Shown: piece after piece, positions 49,589 through 59,329 of the stretch
Layout: every line of letters starts with the position of its first letter
Position numbering within the stretch: position 1 is the stretch's first letter
From: Chamaesiphon sp.
Lineage (GTDB): Bacteria; Cyanobacteriota; Cyanobacteriia; Cyanobacteriales; Chamaesiphonaceae
Direction: 5' to 3'
Assembly (NCBI GenBank): GCA_965246715.1
Contig: CBDFFH010000012.1
Span: 112,875 to 176,874 of the forward strand
DNA: 64,000 nucleotides
Notes under the pieces: generated by a model
What the model saw: the letters and a program-made list of their open reading frames with translations, nothing else
The model's database searches: none
Told to the model about the DNA's origin: nothing
Made by a program: the position numbers and the translations under genes

Positions 49589-51003
49589 GGTTCTACCGAA
49601 CTTACTATGCTAAATCAAGGATTGAAATGCCATGCTAGCAAACTTCTGATCTGAAAATTCTCAAAATTTCTAAACCCATATCCCATTCTTTTTATTAGCT
49701 TGAGTTTATTGTTAATTCCTTCGACGACTCCTTGAGTTGTTCTATTATCAAAATAGGCAATTATTTCACCAATCCATCTTTTAATAGTTCCACAACTCTT
49801 GGGGAATTTCCCACAAGCATTCTTGAGCCAGTCACACAAGCTTATTAGCCCATTTCCCCAATCTGTTTTTGATTCAAATATATCTCTAAATAACTCTTTT
49901 GTTTTGTGCATTGCTGCTAATTCTGGAAAAACGTCTCCAATCTCTTTCAACTTCTCTTTTTGCAATTCATTCAAATCCGCTTCGTTTTTGAGTATTGCAT
50001 ATTTACTGTGAGTTAATGCTGCTAATTTCTTGTTCTTTTCATCTTTGTTCTTCACCCTCTCAGCCTCTCTTTTGATTTTAATTCTCTCTCGATCTAACTC
50101 TTCATTTATCTGTTTCATTACATGAAATCTGTCTCCAACCACTTCAGCATTTGGTATCAATTCATTTACCAGACTTTTGTATGATGAAAATAGATCGATA
50201 CTTACTTCTGTAATTTGGTTCAAAACCTCCGAACCCCAAGACTTCAAGCACTCACCAATACATTCTTGAGTCCTTTTTGGTAAGATGGCTATTAACTCTC
50301 TTTTTTCTAGATCTACTAACACCGCACAATAGTTTTTTTGCCCTTTAACAAAGGCAATTTCATCAATTCCTAGTCTGGTTAAATTCTCTGGCTTTTTTTG
50401 CACTAGATTTACCCCAGCTTTTTTGATTATTGTCTCCACTTCTTGCTCACTTAATCCATTTCTTTTGGCAACACTTTTAATATCACTAGCTAGACTCTCT
50501 TCGACAATCTTCTGCTTCATTCGCTCGGTGAAATGACTTCTCTTTTTGATGAAATTTAATTCCTCACTGAATTTTCGACCACAACTCATACACTTGAATT
50601 GACGACGATTAATTTTAAGGTAAACATCATGTTCACCGAATGGTAGATCTCTCACTGTTAATTGGTGATTCTCATGAAGTTTATTACTTTCAGTTCCACA
50701 ATGAGGACACACTGCTTTTAATTGCTGATTTTCTAGATAAATAAAATAACCGATTTCATCTAAGATCTTATAAGCAGTGACGGTCATTCCGTCGATATTA
50801 AGAATTTCATTAATGGTTTTTAGTTGCGATTTGGATGACATAATGCAATTCAAGCTTATTTGTTGCCAGAAATCAAGATCTTACTATTCTATAATAAAAT
50901 CTGTCATTTATGCTGCACCAAGCTTCCATAACTCAAAATTATCAATTTTGTCAATTAAACTTGATTCTTATCCACTACTTAGCATAGCAAGTTCGGTAGA
51001 GCC
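49589..51003 (-). mobile_element. complete ISL3-family insertion sequence (1415 bp)
   Basis: IRs GGTTCTACCGAACTTACTATGCTAA / GGCTCTACCGAACTTGCTATGCTAA; 8-bp TSD AGCAATTT at 49581-88 and 51004-11. Confidence 0.96.
49615..50853 (-). CDS. ISL3 family transposase
   Basis: CPHCG zinc finger, GIDE, DRFHV, EGINNKLKLIKR..YGF. Confidence 0.96.
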   Translation of the reverse strand: MNCIMSSKSQLKTINEILNIDGMTVTAYKILDEIGYFIYLENQQLKAVCPHCGTESNKLHENHQLTVRDLPFGEHDVYLKINRRQFKCMSCGRKFSEELNFIKKRSHFTERMKQKIVEESLASDIKSVAKRNGLSEQEVETIIKKAGVNLVQKKPENLTRLGIDEIAFVKGQKNYCAVLVDLEKRELIAILPKRTQECIGECLKSWGSEVLNQITEVSIDLFSSYKSLVNELIPNAEVVGDRFHVMKQINEELDRERIKIKREAERVKNKDEKNKKLAALTHSKYAILKNEADLNELQKEKLKEIGDVFPELAAMHKTKELFRDIFESKTDWGNGLISLCDWLKNACGKFPKSCGTIKRWIGEIIAYFDNRTTQGVVEGINNKLKLIKRMGYGFRNFENFQIRSLLAWHFNP

Positions 51004-51075
51004 AGCAATTTACGTTCGCAAAGTTTTAGAATTAATCGAATCAGCAGATATAGAACTAGATGAGGAAGAAGACTA

Positions 51076-51288
51076 ATGCAATATCCAATTGTAATTTATC
51101 CTTGCGAAGAAGGTGGGTATGTTGCCGAAATTCCAGCTTTAAAAGGCTGTTTGGCACAGGGAGAAACCCTTGAAGAAGTCGTGAGTGAGTTGAAGATTAT
51201 GACCGATCTATGGTTGGAAACAGCCGAAAAATACGGGCAAGAATTACCAGATATTGCAGGATCGATCGAGAAGATGAAAACCTTTTGA
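51076..51288 (+). CDS. hicB: HicB family antitoxin
   Basis: EEGGYVAEIPALKGCLAQGETLEE. Confidence 0.92.
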   Translation: MQYPIVIYPCEEGGYVAEIPALKGCLAQGETLEEVVSELKIMTDLWLETAEKYGQELPDIAGSIEKMKTF

Positions 51289-51483
51289 AAGAAAATTCAG
51301 GCAACGATCGTATGGGGGTGGATCGACATCTAGCGTGGCTATAATAGCCTCTTCTCGATCGGACTTGATAAAATTCAGCATAAATTGGTTAACTTGTCGT
51401 AGGCTCATCGGCGTTCCTGATATATCAGCTTCCCCATCACTATAACGAATCTGAATTGTCAGCCCACTTTTTTTATTCTTCAT
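51244..51483 (-). CDS. small hypothetical protein, possibly a truncated immunity-like gene
   Basis: 79-aa ORF overlapping the hicB 3' end; family assignment uncertain. Confidence 0.4.
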   Translation of the reverse strand: MKNKKSGLTIQIRYSDGEADISGTPMSLRQVNQFMLNFIKSDREEAIIATLDVDPPPYDRCLNFLSKGFHLLDRSCNIW

Positions 51484-51594
51484 TCTGAAAATATTGTCGA
51501 TATATTCGATCTATATTAACGATATATTCACTCTATATTAACGATTTTGTCGATCTCGATCCGATATTCCTCGATCGCTCGTATTTACCCAATT

Positions 51595-52254
51595 CTACTC
51601 ATACTGAGTCCCAATCGATATAGGGGATTCAAGAGTTCTCAACCACTGGCGAAACTGCTTCACTAAATTATTTTCGCCGAGCGATTGTGACAAACTCAGA
51701 AATCGTAAAATATCCCCCGTTTTCAATCGTGGTAAAGCAATACTACTTTCTCGAATGACATACTCACTCCCTACCAGTCCATAGATAGTCAAAATCTGCC
51801 CATCATATCGCCAAATCTCTGTAACTTTGAGAGCGGCATAAATTGAAAATCGATCGAGAGAACTACTAGTAATATCGATTTCTACAGCCAAGTCTGGTGG
51901 CGGTAGCTTTGCCAGATCGATTTGTTCGACACCCCGAACTATTGACTCATTTTGGATGTAATAACACTGGTCTGGTTCTAGTCCTTTCGCGAGATCTTCT
52001 CGACTACAAGTTAGCGAACCCAGGCTGCGAATTTCCAGATTGAGTTCTTCTGTGGCTGCCTCAATGAGGCGACCGAGAATCTTTTTATATGTTTCATGTG
52101 GCGCGAGCGGCATACGGATTTCAAGGGTGCCACGATCGTAAGTCAGTCGCATCGCAGGTTCGCGCTCAAAGTCAACGATTAGAGACTGATACGACTGCCA
52201 ACTAATATTCTTTAAAACTACACGATCGGGACTTTGGATTAGTGTTGCGGTCAT
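51595..52254 (-). CDS. Uma2 family endonuclease-fold protein
   Basis: ISWQSY, RLTYDRG.LEI.MP...HE, EPDQCYY, PDLAVEID, EIWRYD. Confidence 0.92.
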   Translation of the reverse strand: MTATLIQSPDRVVLKNISWQSYQSLIVDFEREPAMRLTYDRGTLEIRMPLAPHETYKKILGRLIEAATEELNLEIRSLGSLTCSREDLAKGLEPDQCYYIQNESIVRGVEQIDLAKLPPPDLAVEIDITSSSLDRFSIYAALKVTEIWRYDGQILTIYGLVGSEYVIRESSIALPRLKTGDILRFLSLSQSLGENNLVKQFRQWLRTLESPISIGTQYE

Positions 52255-52433
52255 AACTGCTCCCAAAATAAAGGGTCGCTGTAGGTATTGTATCTGAAAC
52301 TGCATATCGCTCAAACCCTCGCCAAGCGATCGATTTAGTAGGCGAAGCGTACCGGAGATAATCTATTACTGACTCAAGGCTATGCCAAAGAGTCTAAATT
52401 GACTAAAATGAACGAGTAGATCCACAGCTCGAT

Positions 52434-53603
52434 ATGTCTGAACTAATCACTTCACTCACCGCTTCAGACATTAGCAGGATCGAGCGGATACTCGATCGAT
52501 CCTTGCAAGGCGAGGATATTTCCACTGCTGAAGCACTCTTGCTTCTGACACAAACCGCTCCCGATATTATCGAGCAAATTCGAGTCACTGCCGATCGATT
52601 GCGCCAAATCCAAGTCGGCGATACAGTCACCTATGTCATCAATCGCAATATCAATTTTACCAACATCTGCGAGCAGCACTGTAGCTTTTGTGCGTTTAGG
52701 CGCGATGCTGGCTCTGAGGGAGCATTTTGGCTCGATACCGAACAGATTTTAGCCAAGGCGCGAGATGCTGTAGCTAGAGATGCGACCGAAATCTGCATGC
52801 AGGGCGGGTTACATCCTGGGGCAAAGATTCACGGCAAGTCGTTAACCTATTATTTAGAATTAGTCACCGCGATTAAATCCACGTTTCCGCAGCTGCATCT
52901 CCACGCTTTCTCACCCCAGGAAATCGAGTTTATCGCCAGACAGGATGGATTGAGTTATGCCGATGTCATCGTCGCGTTGCGCGATGCTGGTGTCGGTTCG
53001 ATGCCAGGAACTGCGGCAGAAGTTTTAGACGATAGCATCCGGCGGATTATTTGTCCCGAAAAAATCGATAGTGCTACTTGGATCGAAATTGTCTCAACCG
53101 CCCATCGCTTGGGGGTGCCGACTACTAGCACGATGCTATCGGGACATATCGAAACTCATGCCCAACAAATCACGCATCTCGATCGATTAAAGCAGCTCCA
53201 ACAACACGCGATCGAGCATAATTATCCTACTCGCATTACCGAATTTATTATTCTCCCCTTCGTCGGACAAGAAGCTCCCGCCCCCCTCCGCAGTCGCGTC
53301 GATCGCGATCAACCGATTTTAGCGGATAATTTATTGCTAACCGCCGTCGCGCGGATTTTCTTGGGTAATTATATCCCCAATCATCAGCCCAGCTGGGTCA
53401 AATTGGGGCTAGCAGGTGCCAAATCGGCACTCACTTGGGGTTGCAACGATCTGGGCGGCACACTGATGGAGGAGCATATTACCACGATGGCGGGGGCACA
53501 GGGCGGAACTTGCTTGGAAGTCAGCGATTTACAGGGTGCGATTCGCGACTTGGGCAGAGAGTATCGGCAACGCAACACGTTATACGATCTAGTGTCGGAC
53601 TAG
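52434..53603 (+). CDS. cofH: FO synthase subunit CofH (radical SAM)
   Basis: [39 protein letters not shown]. Confidence 0.93.
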   Translation: MSELITSLTASDISRIERILDRSLQGEDISTAEALLLLTQTAPDIIEQIRVTADRLRQIQVGDTVTYVINRNINFTNICEQHCSFCAFRRDAGSEGAFWLDTEQILAKARDAVARDATEICMQGGLHPGAKIHGKSLTYYLELVTAIKSTFPQLHLHAFSPQEIEFIARQDGLSYADVIVALRDAGVGSMPGTAAEVLDDSIRRIICPEKIDSATWIEIVSTAHRLGVPTTSTMLSGHIETHAQQITHLDRLKQLQQHAIEHNYPTRITEFIILPFVGQEAPAPLRSRVDRDQPILADNLLLTAVARIFLGNYIPNHQPSWVKLGLAGAKSALTWGCNDLGGTLMEEHITTMAGAQGGTCLEVSDLQGAIRDLGREYRQRNTLYDLVSD

Positions 53604-53768
53604 TTTGCGAGGAAGTGGATCGCGAAGATGGTGCGGGTGACCCCCTTGTGGGCATCTCTTACGGAGGGTTGGAATGGTATTTTTGTAGGGGCATCCCCTT
53701 GTGGGTGCCCTTTCCGAATGCGATTGCACCTCAGATGAGGTTTTTAAAAATATTTTACGTCGATCTTT

Positions 53769-54635
53769 ATGCGGAAACAGACAAATAAATTTAGCCATCT
53801 GACCGCGATCGATCGCACTAAATTATCATCCCCCGTTCGGTTTCTACTCGACAACAATCTGCTTAAATCCCGCATCCTCGATTTTGGTTGTGGCTTGGGT
53901 AATGACGTTCAATGCTTACAACAAAAAGGATTGAATATTACTGGCTACGATCCATATTATGCGCCGACATTTCCGACTGGCAAGTTTGATACGATCGTCT
54001 GTTGTTATGTGCTAAATGTATTGATGCCAGAGGAACAAGCTGATGTCTTGATGAATATCGCTCATCTACTCAAACCTGGTGGTAAAGCTTACTATGCAGT
54101 CAGGCGCGACTTAAAAAAAGAAGGATTTCGCGAACATTACGTTCATAAAAAGCCGACTTATCAATGTAATGTCAAGCTGCCATTTAAATCGATCGAGTTG
54201 ACCGATTATTGCGAGATTTATGAATACGTCCATTACAATCATCAATGGAATTCAGCTAATAACTGTGTCTTTTGTAATCCCCATCGCAAAATTCAACTAC
54301 TAACAGAATCGGCAACGGCTTATGCCATGTTCGATGGCTATCCACTCAGTAAAGGTCACGTTCTCATCGTACCAAAGCGACATATCAGTAATTATTTCGA
54401 TCTGCCACTTAAAGAACAATCTGCTTGTTGGTTGATGGCAAATAAAGTTCAGCAGATTTTAACTCAAGAATTTCAACCCCATGGTTTTAATGTCGGCATG
54501 AACATTAACAAAGCAGCGGGACAAGCCATGAATCACTCGACAATCCATGTCATTCCTCGCTATCACGGCGATACCGATGGCGCGAAAAGCGGAATGCGAT
54601 TGGTAATTCCCAAAAAGATGAAGCTCGAAAGATAA
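53769..54635 (+). CDS. class I SAM methyltransferase / HIT domain fusion
   Basis: ILDFGCGLG, GYDPYY, YVLNVL; then CVFC, GHVLIVPKRH, GFNVGMN, HSTIHVIPR. Confidence 0.88.
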   Translation: MRKQTNKFSHLTAIDRTKLSSPVRFLLDNNLLKSRILDFGCGLGNDVQCLQQKGLNITGYDPYYAPTFPTGKFDTIVCCYVLNVLMPEEQADVLMNIAHLLKPGGKAYYAVRRDLKKEGFREHYVHKKPTYQCNVKLPFKSIELTDYCEIYEYVHYNHQWNSANNCVFCNPHRKIQLLTESATAYAMFDGYPLSKGHVLIVPKRHISNYFDLPLKEQSACWLMANKVQQILTQEFQPHGFNVGMNINKAAGQAMNHSTIHVIPRYHGDTDGAKSGMRLVIPKKMKLER

Positions 54636-54667
54636 AACTCTCAACGATCTATGATTATCAACTGACG

Positions 54668-56026
54668 TTATGTAAGAACGAGTTTGGCTGATAAATACCG
54701 CTCGATCGTGTCATCGATCGCACTTAATGCTCGATCGCGATAAGCTCCATACCGTTCGGGCTTGCTCTTAATCTTCGTCGGAAATTCTGGCAAGATGCCA
54801 AAATTTGGCGGCATCGGTTGAAAATGTTTTGGTTCGGCACTGCTGATAAAATCAAACAGCGAACCCATCATCGTCACATTTGGCATCACGATCGGTTCCA
54901 ATCCTAACGCCAATCGTGCCGCATTCGTCCCTGCCAACCAACCGCCCGCCGCCGCCGCTGTATAACCCTCGGTGCCAGTAATTTGTCCAGCGGCTAATAA
55001 ATCCCTGCGTGTGTGAAACTGGAGCGAAGCTGAAAGTAATTTCGGCGAATTAATAAAAGTATTGCGGTGCATCACACCCAAGCGCACGAACTCAGCATTT
55101 TCTAAGCCAGGAATCAGTGAGAAAATCCGCTTTTGTTCGCCCCACTTAAGATTGGTTTGGAAACCCACCATATTCCACAGTTGTCCCGCCTTATCTTCCT
55201 GACGCAGTTGAATCACTGCATAGGGACGGTGAATTTGGTTCTCAGGTGCCTTAAAATCGCCGCGACGACTGTCAAACAATCCGACGGGTTTTAAGGGGCC
55301 ATAGCGCATCGTTTCTTCGCCCCGTTGGGCTAATTCCTCGATCGGCAGACAAGCTTCAAAGAATTTGGCCGTCTCCCGATCGAAATCCTTCAATTCGGCT
55401 TGTTCGGCGTTGCACAACTCTTGGCGGAAGTGGAGATATTGCTCCTTATTCATCGGGCAATTGAGATACGCTGCTTCGCCCTTATCATAACGGGAAGCAA
55501 AAAACGCAATCTCCTGGTCGATCGAATCGCCCACGATAATCGGACTTGCCGCATCGAAAAAGCTGAGGTAATCCATCCCGGCAAATTGCTGTAAATCCGC
55601 AGCTAGAGCCGGACTGGTGAGCGGCCCCGTTGCCAATACGACAATGCCGTCGCGCGGAATCTCCGAGATATCCTCACGGCAAAATTCCACTAGCGGATGA
55701 TTGGCTAATGTTTCGGTCAGATCGTGGCTGAATTTCCCCCGATCGACTGCCAATGCCCCACCAGCCGGAACCGAGTGCAGATCGGCCTTCTGGATGATAA
55801 CCGAACCTAATCGCCGCAATTCTTCATGGAGTAATCCTGCCGCTCGATCGGTAGATTGGGCACCAAAGGAGTTACTACATACCAATTCCGCCAGTTCTTC
55901 GCTATGATGCGCGGGACTCAACGTGTGGGGACGCATTTCGTAAAGTGTCACGGGTACGCCAGCCTGGGCAATTTGCCAAGCCGCCTCAGTACCTGCTAAA
56001 CCACCGCCAATCACTCGCACGCGCAT
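54668..56026 (-). CDS. trmFO: folate/FAD-dependent tRNA U54 methyltransferase
   Basis: [39 protein letters not shown]. Confidence 0.97.
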   Translation of the reverse strand: MRVRVIGGGLAGTEAAWQIAQAGVPVTLYEMRPHTLSPAHHSEELAELVCSNSFGAQSTDRAAGLLHEELRRLGSVIIQKADLHSVPAGGALAVDRGKFSHDLTETLANHPLVEFCREDISEIPRDGIVVLATGPLTSPALAADLQQFAGMDYLSFFDAASPIIVGDSIDQEIAFFASRYDKGEAAYLNCPMNKEQYLHFRQELCNAEQAELKDFDRETAKFFEACLPIEELAQRGEETMRYGPLKPVGLFDSRRGDFKAPENQIHRPYAVIQLRQEDKAGQLWNMVGFQTNLKWGEQKRIFSLIPGLENAEFVRLGVMHRNTFINSPKLLSASLQFHTRRDLLAAGQITGTEGYTAAAAGGWLAGTNAARLALGLEPIVMPNVTMMGSLFDFISSAEPKHFQPMPPNFGILPEFPTKIKSKPERYGAYRDRALSAIDDTIERYLSAKLVLT

Positions 56027-56898
56027 ATTTGCTAACAATTAGAAATTTGTCACTCTATTATAAACGTCTGAGACTGGCAAACGCGGTTGGCATTCGGTCA
56101 AACCGCATGAATGCGCCCGAAACGTTACATCGTTCCTTTCTACATTGTTAGTAATTCTCGATCGGAGCGGCAACGATCGGTTTTTTGCCTAAAAAATAGG
56201 CATTGCTGAATTCAGGGATGAAGGCGAGGGCGGGATGAGGGCGAATCATACTCCAATTTAGCAACGCCAAAGAATAATCCCACATTCCGCTAGTTGAAGT
56301 AGTTGTCAAAGAATTAAAACCGCTTCCCTTCAATTTACAGTTATTCAGTTGATAACCTGCATACCCTGGCTCTAAATCGACTTCGGTACCATCGCATCTT
56401 CGGCCACGTACTGGCTCTGTTTTTTTGATATACTCCGTGCATAAAGCGCCAACTGTTTTGTTCCAGTCGTCAGGTACGGCGACCCAAGCGGGCTTAGTAG
56501 ATGTCACTGTTTCCTTGGCAGAAAAACATCGCGATCGCGATCGACTTGGCTTGCATGATTACTTCATTGTCTAAATATTATTAGACATAAACTTTCTACA
56601 TGTTGTCGTATTTAAATCACATTCCGCTAGTTCGACCACCCTTGGGGGTGCGCTTGCGCGTTCTGCTAAAAAATAATAAAAGATACAATCCTGCCATATC
56701 TAGCTTTCTAGCGATTTAGCCTCTGGATGGCGATGACAGCATATTTTCAACAGTCTTAAATTATTGAGAATTCAATCGCTACGAGCCAATAGCTTCGTTT
56801 TAATTATTTTTCGACCGCTGGGACTAGCGGAATGTGGGATAATATCTGGTTTAAAGTAGTATCGCGATACGTTGGTTTGTGTCTGGAGATAATATCAC

Positions 56899-59190
56899 TC
56901 AATCTGAAATTTTCTGCGGCGGTATTTTTGACTTGGCAAAACCTGTTCCTAGCTGTGACTGCTCGGCAATCGTCTGGCCGAGTTGTGTCATATAATCAGT
57001 CCAAGGTAGTTCGGTTTCTGCTTCGTCATTAAAGTACCGATCGACACAAGCAAAGTGATTTTCAGTTTCATTTTTGTCGATGATGCCATTGACAATCGTC
57101 CCTAAAACATGACAATTAGACATTTGCAATTTTTCGATGCTCGCAGCTGCATGTCGATCGTCGATTACTCCTGGTCTAGCAACTAACAAAAGTCCATCGG
57201 TCATTTTTTCTACTGCGAGTGCATCGGCAGCGACGAGGATCGGTGGAGTATCGATAATCACCAGATCGTATAATTCTGAGACTTCTCGCAGTAGCGATCG
57301 CATTTGTTTAGAATCCAGACAAGCTAAAGGATTATTCAATTTAGTCCCAGCAGTTAAGATATCTAAATTGTTCATCACCTTCCAAGAAATAACTTTAAAT
57401 TTGGCTTTCTCAGTCAAGACTTCACTCAAACCTTTTTTGAGCGGAAGTTTCCAAAATTGATGCTGATAAGGCACCCGCATGTCGGCATCAATGAGTAATA
57501 CCCGTTGACCGACTTGAGCGATTGCTGCGGCTAAATTAGCAGCTACTTTCGATTTACCTTCATTGGCGATCGAACTAGTAATCGCGATCGTTTTTAGTTG
57601 CCGATCCGTAACCAAAGATCTGAGATTCGCTTGAATCATCCGTGACATTTCGCTAGTTACCGCTTGCGGTGTATCTCGAACAGCAACCTCTAAAGTAGTT
57701 ACAGCAGGATCGTAGCCGCGCGGCAATGCTTGTTTAGCTGCTGCGGGAATAATACCAAGTAGTTGATAGCCAAAGGCATCTTTTACTTGCTTGAGTGTTT
57801 TGAGCGATTTATCTCGCAATTCTAACAAGCTAATCGTACCGATCGCCAAGCAACTACCCAGCAGTAATCCACAGCTCATAATTAATAATCTATGCCCTGA
57901 TTCCGATCGCACTGGAACGATTGCTTCAGCAATAATTCTGGCGTTGGTATTAGTTCGATCTTTAACTAATGCTAACTCTTGCACCTTATTTGATAGCGTT
58001 AACTGAGCCGATCTTGCAATTTCAATTTTACGTTCTAATTGCTGTTGCTCTTGCGTTAATTGGGGAAGCTTCTGAACTCTGCGCTGGCGATCGACTTGAG
58101 CGTTAGTTAGAGATGTGAGCTTTTTAGTTAAACCAATTTGTTGTACTTCTAACTGAAGAAAATCTTTAATCAGTTTTTGTTTTAGCTCGCCAATGCGTAG
58201 TAATCCTTTGGGAGCTTGTGTAGCAGTACCGACAGTTTGAGTTATTTGCTGCTGTAGCAAATTTGTGAGATTAGTTTGCTTATCTTTGAGGCTAATAATT
58301 ATCGGATTATTATCGGAAAACCGCCGTCGCTCGGCTGCTAATTTTCGTTCGATCTCCTGAAGTTGAGCGATATTTGCTTGGATGACAGATGATTGACTGA
58401 TAGTACTAACCGCAATCGCTTCTTGAGGGTTGAGGTTTAATTTTTGCCGCAATTCATTACTTTGAGCTGTCGTCTCAGCAATTTGGGCGCGAGTAGTATT
58501 AATTGCCGTTTCTAAATTTCCTATGATACTAATTGCCGATTTTCCCTCCTCAGTCAAATCCACAATCTGATGCTTTTGCTTGAATTGACGTAATGCTGTT
58601 TCGGCATCATTAACAGCGCGTTGTAAGAGGGGCAGCTGTCGATCGATAGCTTGAAGATTTGCTACTGCCTCATTACGATTTAGCTGAAGATCGTGCTCTA
58701 AATAAACACTCATGAGTGTGTTAACTACACGCGCAGCTTCTTGAGGTTTTGGACTTTGATACTTAATTTGAATAACGTCAGAACTACCAACAATTTTTAG
58801 CTCCAGTCTCGATTGGAGATCTTCAGTACTAACAAGGTTACCTTTCTCATCTTTGAGTTGAATCTTGGCGATCGTTTGCTTTAACAATGGAAGTGCAGAG
58901 ATTACTTCGAGCCGATTGTCGAGCGAGTTATCCGTGACTACTGATGATTTTGATTTTGTAGTATTATCGCGATCGCTATTAGTCGAAGATCGACTATCCT
59001 GGGAAGTTCTAAAAGATGAATCTTTAAATAATAACTTGCCTTCAGCTTGATACAACGGCTTCGCGTAATTTGCGGCGATTAAACTCAGGGCTAACGTCGA
59101 ACCCAAAATACTGACAGCTGGAATCCACCGCCGCTTTATTATTGGTAAATAACGATTCAATTCTAGCGCGATCGATTCCCGAGATGTCAT
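56899..59190 (-). CDS. polysaccharide co-polymerase / BY-kinase (Wzc/GumC-like)
   Basis: two TM segments flanking a coiled coil; SSIANEGKS, LIDAD, IIDTPP. Confidence 0.92.
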   Translation of the reverse strand: MTSRESIALELNRYLPIIKRRWIPAVSILGSTLALSLIAANYAKPLYQAEGKLLFKDSSFRTSQDSRSSTNSDRDNTTKSKSSVVTDNSLDNRLEVISALPLLKQTIAKIQLKDEKGNLVSTEDLQSRLELKIVGSSDVIQIKYQSPKPQEAARVVNTLMSVYLEHDLQLNRNEAVANLQAIDRQLPLLQRAVNDAETALRQFKQKHQIVDLTEEGKSAISIIGNLETAINTTRAQIAETTAQSNELRQKLNLNPQEAIAVSTISQSSVIQANIAQLQEIERKLAAERRRFSDNNPIIISLKDKQTNLTNLLQQQITQTVGTATQAPKGLLRIGELKQKLIKDFLQLEVQQIGLTKKLTSLTNAQVDRQRRVQKLPQLTQEQQQLERKIEIARSAQLTLSNKVQELALVKDRTNTNARIIAEAIVPVRSESGHRLLIMSCGLLLGSCLAIGTISLLELRDKSLKTLKQVKDAFGYQLLGIIPAAAKQALPRGYDPAVTTLEVAVRDTPQAVTSEMSRMIQANLRSLVTDRQLKTIAITSSIANEGKSKVAANLAAAIAQVGQRVLLIDADMRVPYQHQFWKLPLKKGLSEVLTEKAKFKVISWKVMNNLDILTAGTKLNNPLACLDSKQMRSLLREVSELYDLVIIDTPPILVAADALAVEKMTDGLLLVARPGVIDDRHAAASIEKLQMSNCHVLGTIVNGIIDKNETENHFACVDRYFNDEAETELPWTDYMTQLGQTIAEQSQLGTGFAKSKIPPQKISD

Positions 59191-59329
59191 AAAATTTTTT
59201 GGCAGGCGTTAGTCAATAATATAACAACCTTTGTCTAGCTGAAATCCGCCAAAGTACTGACTCCAAGATCTTCACAAATCTCGTTTTTTAATCTAATTAA
59301 TCATTCGATCGCTAAACAATATTTTTTCA

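Larger units (their letters stand above)
49399..51076 (+). pseudogene. hicA: HicA toxin interrupted by ISL3
   Basis: removing the IS and one TSD restores ...SSHHIF...FVIPIRNNQAKAI|YVRKVLELIESADIELDEEED; stop overlaps the hicB start. Confidence 0.9.

Noticed and set aside
50777..51076. 99-aa ORF before hicB as an independent gene
   Set aside because: Chimera of the IS end and the hicA 3' remnant
56148..56507. 119-aa ORF as an intact gene
   Set aside because: GTG start without a clear RBS and crossed by a repeated motif; at best a gene fragment
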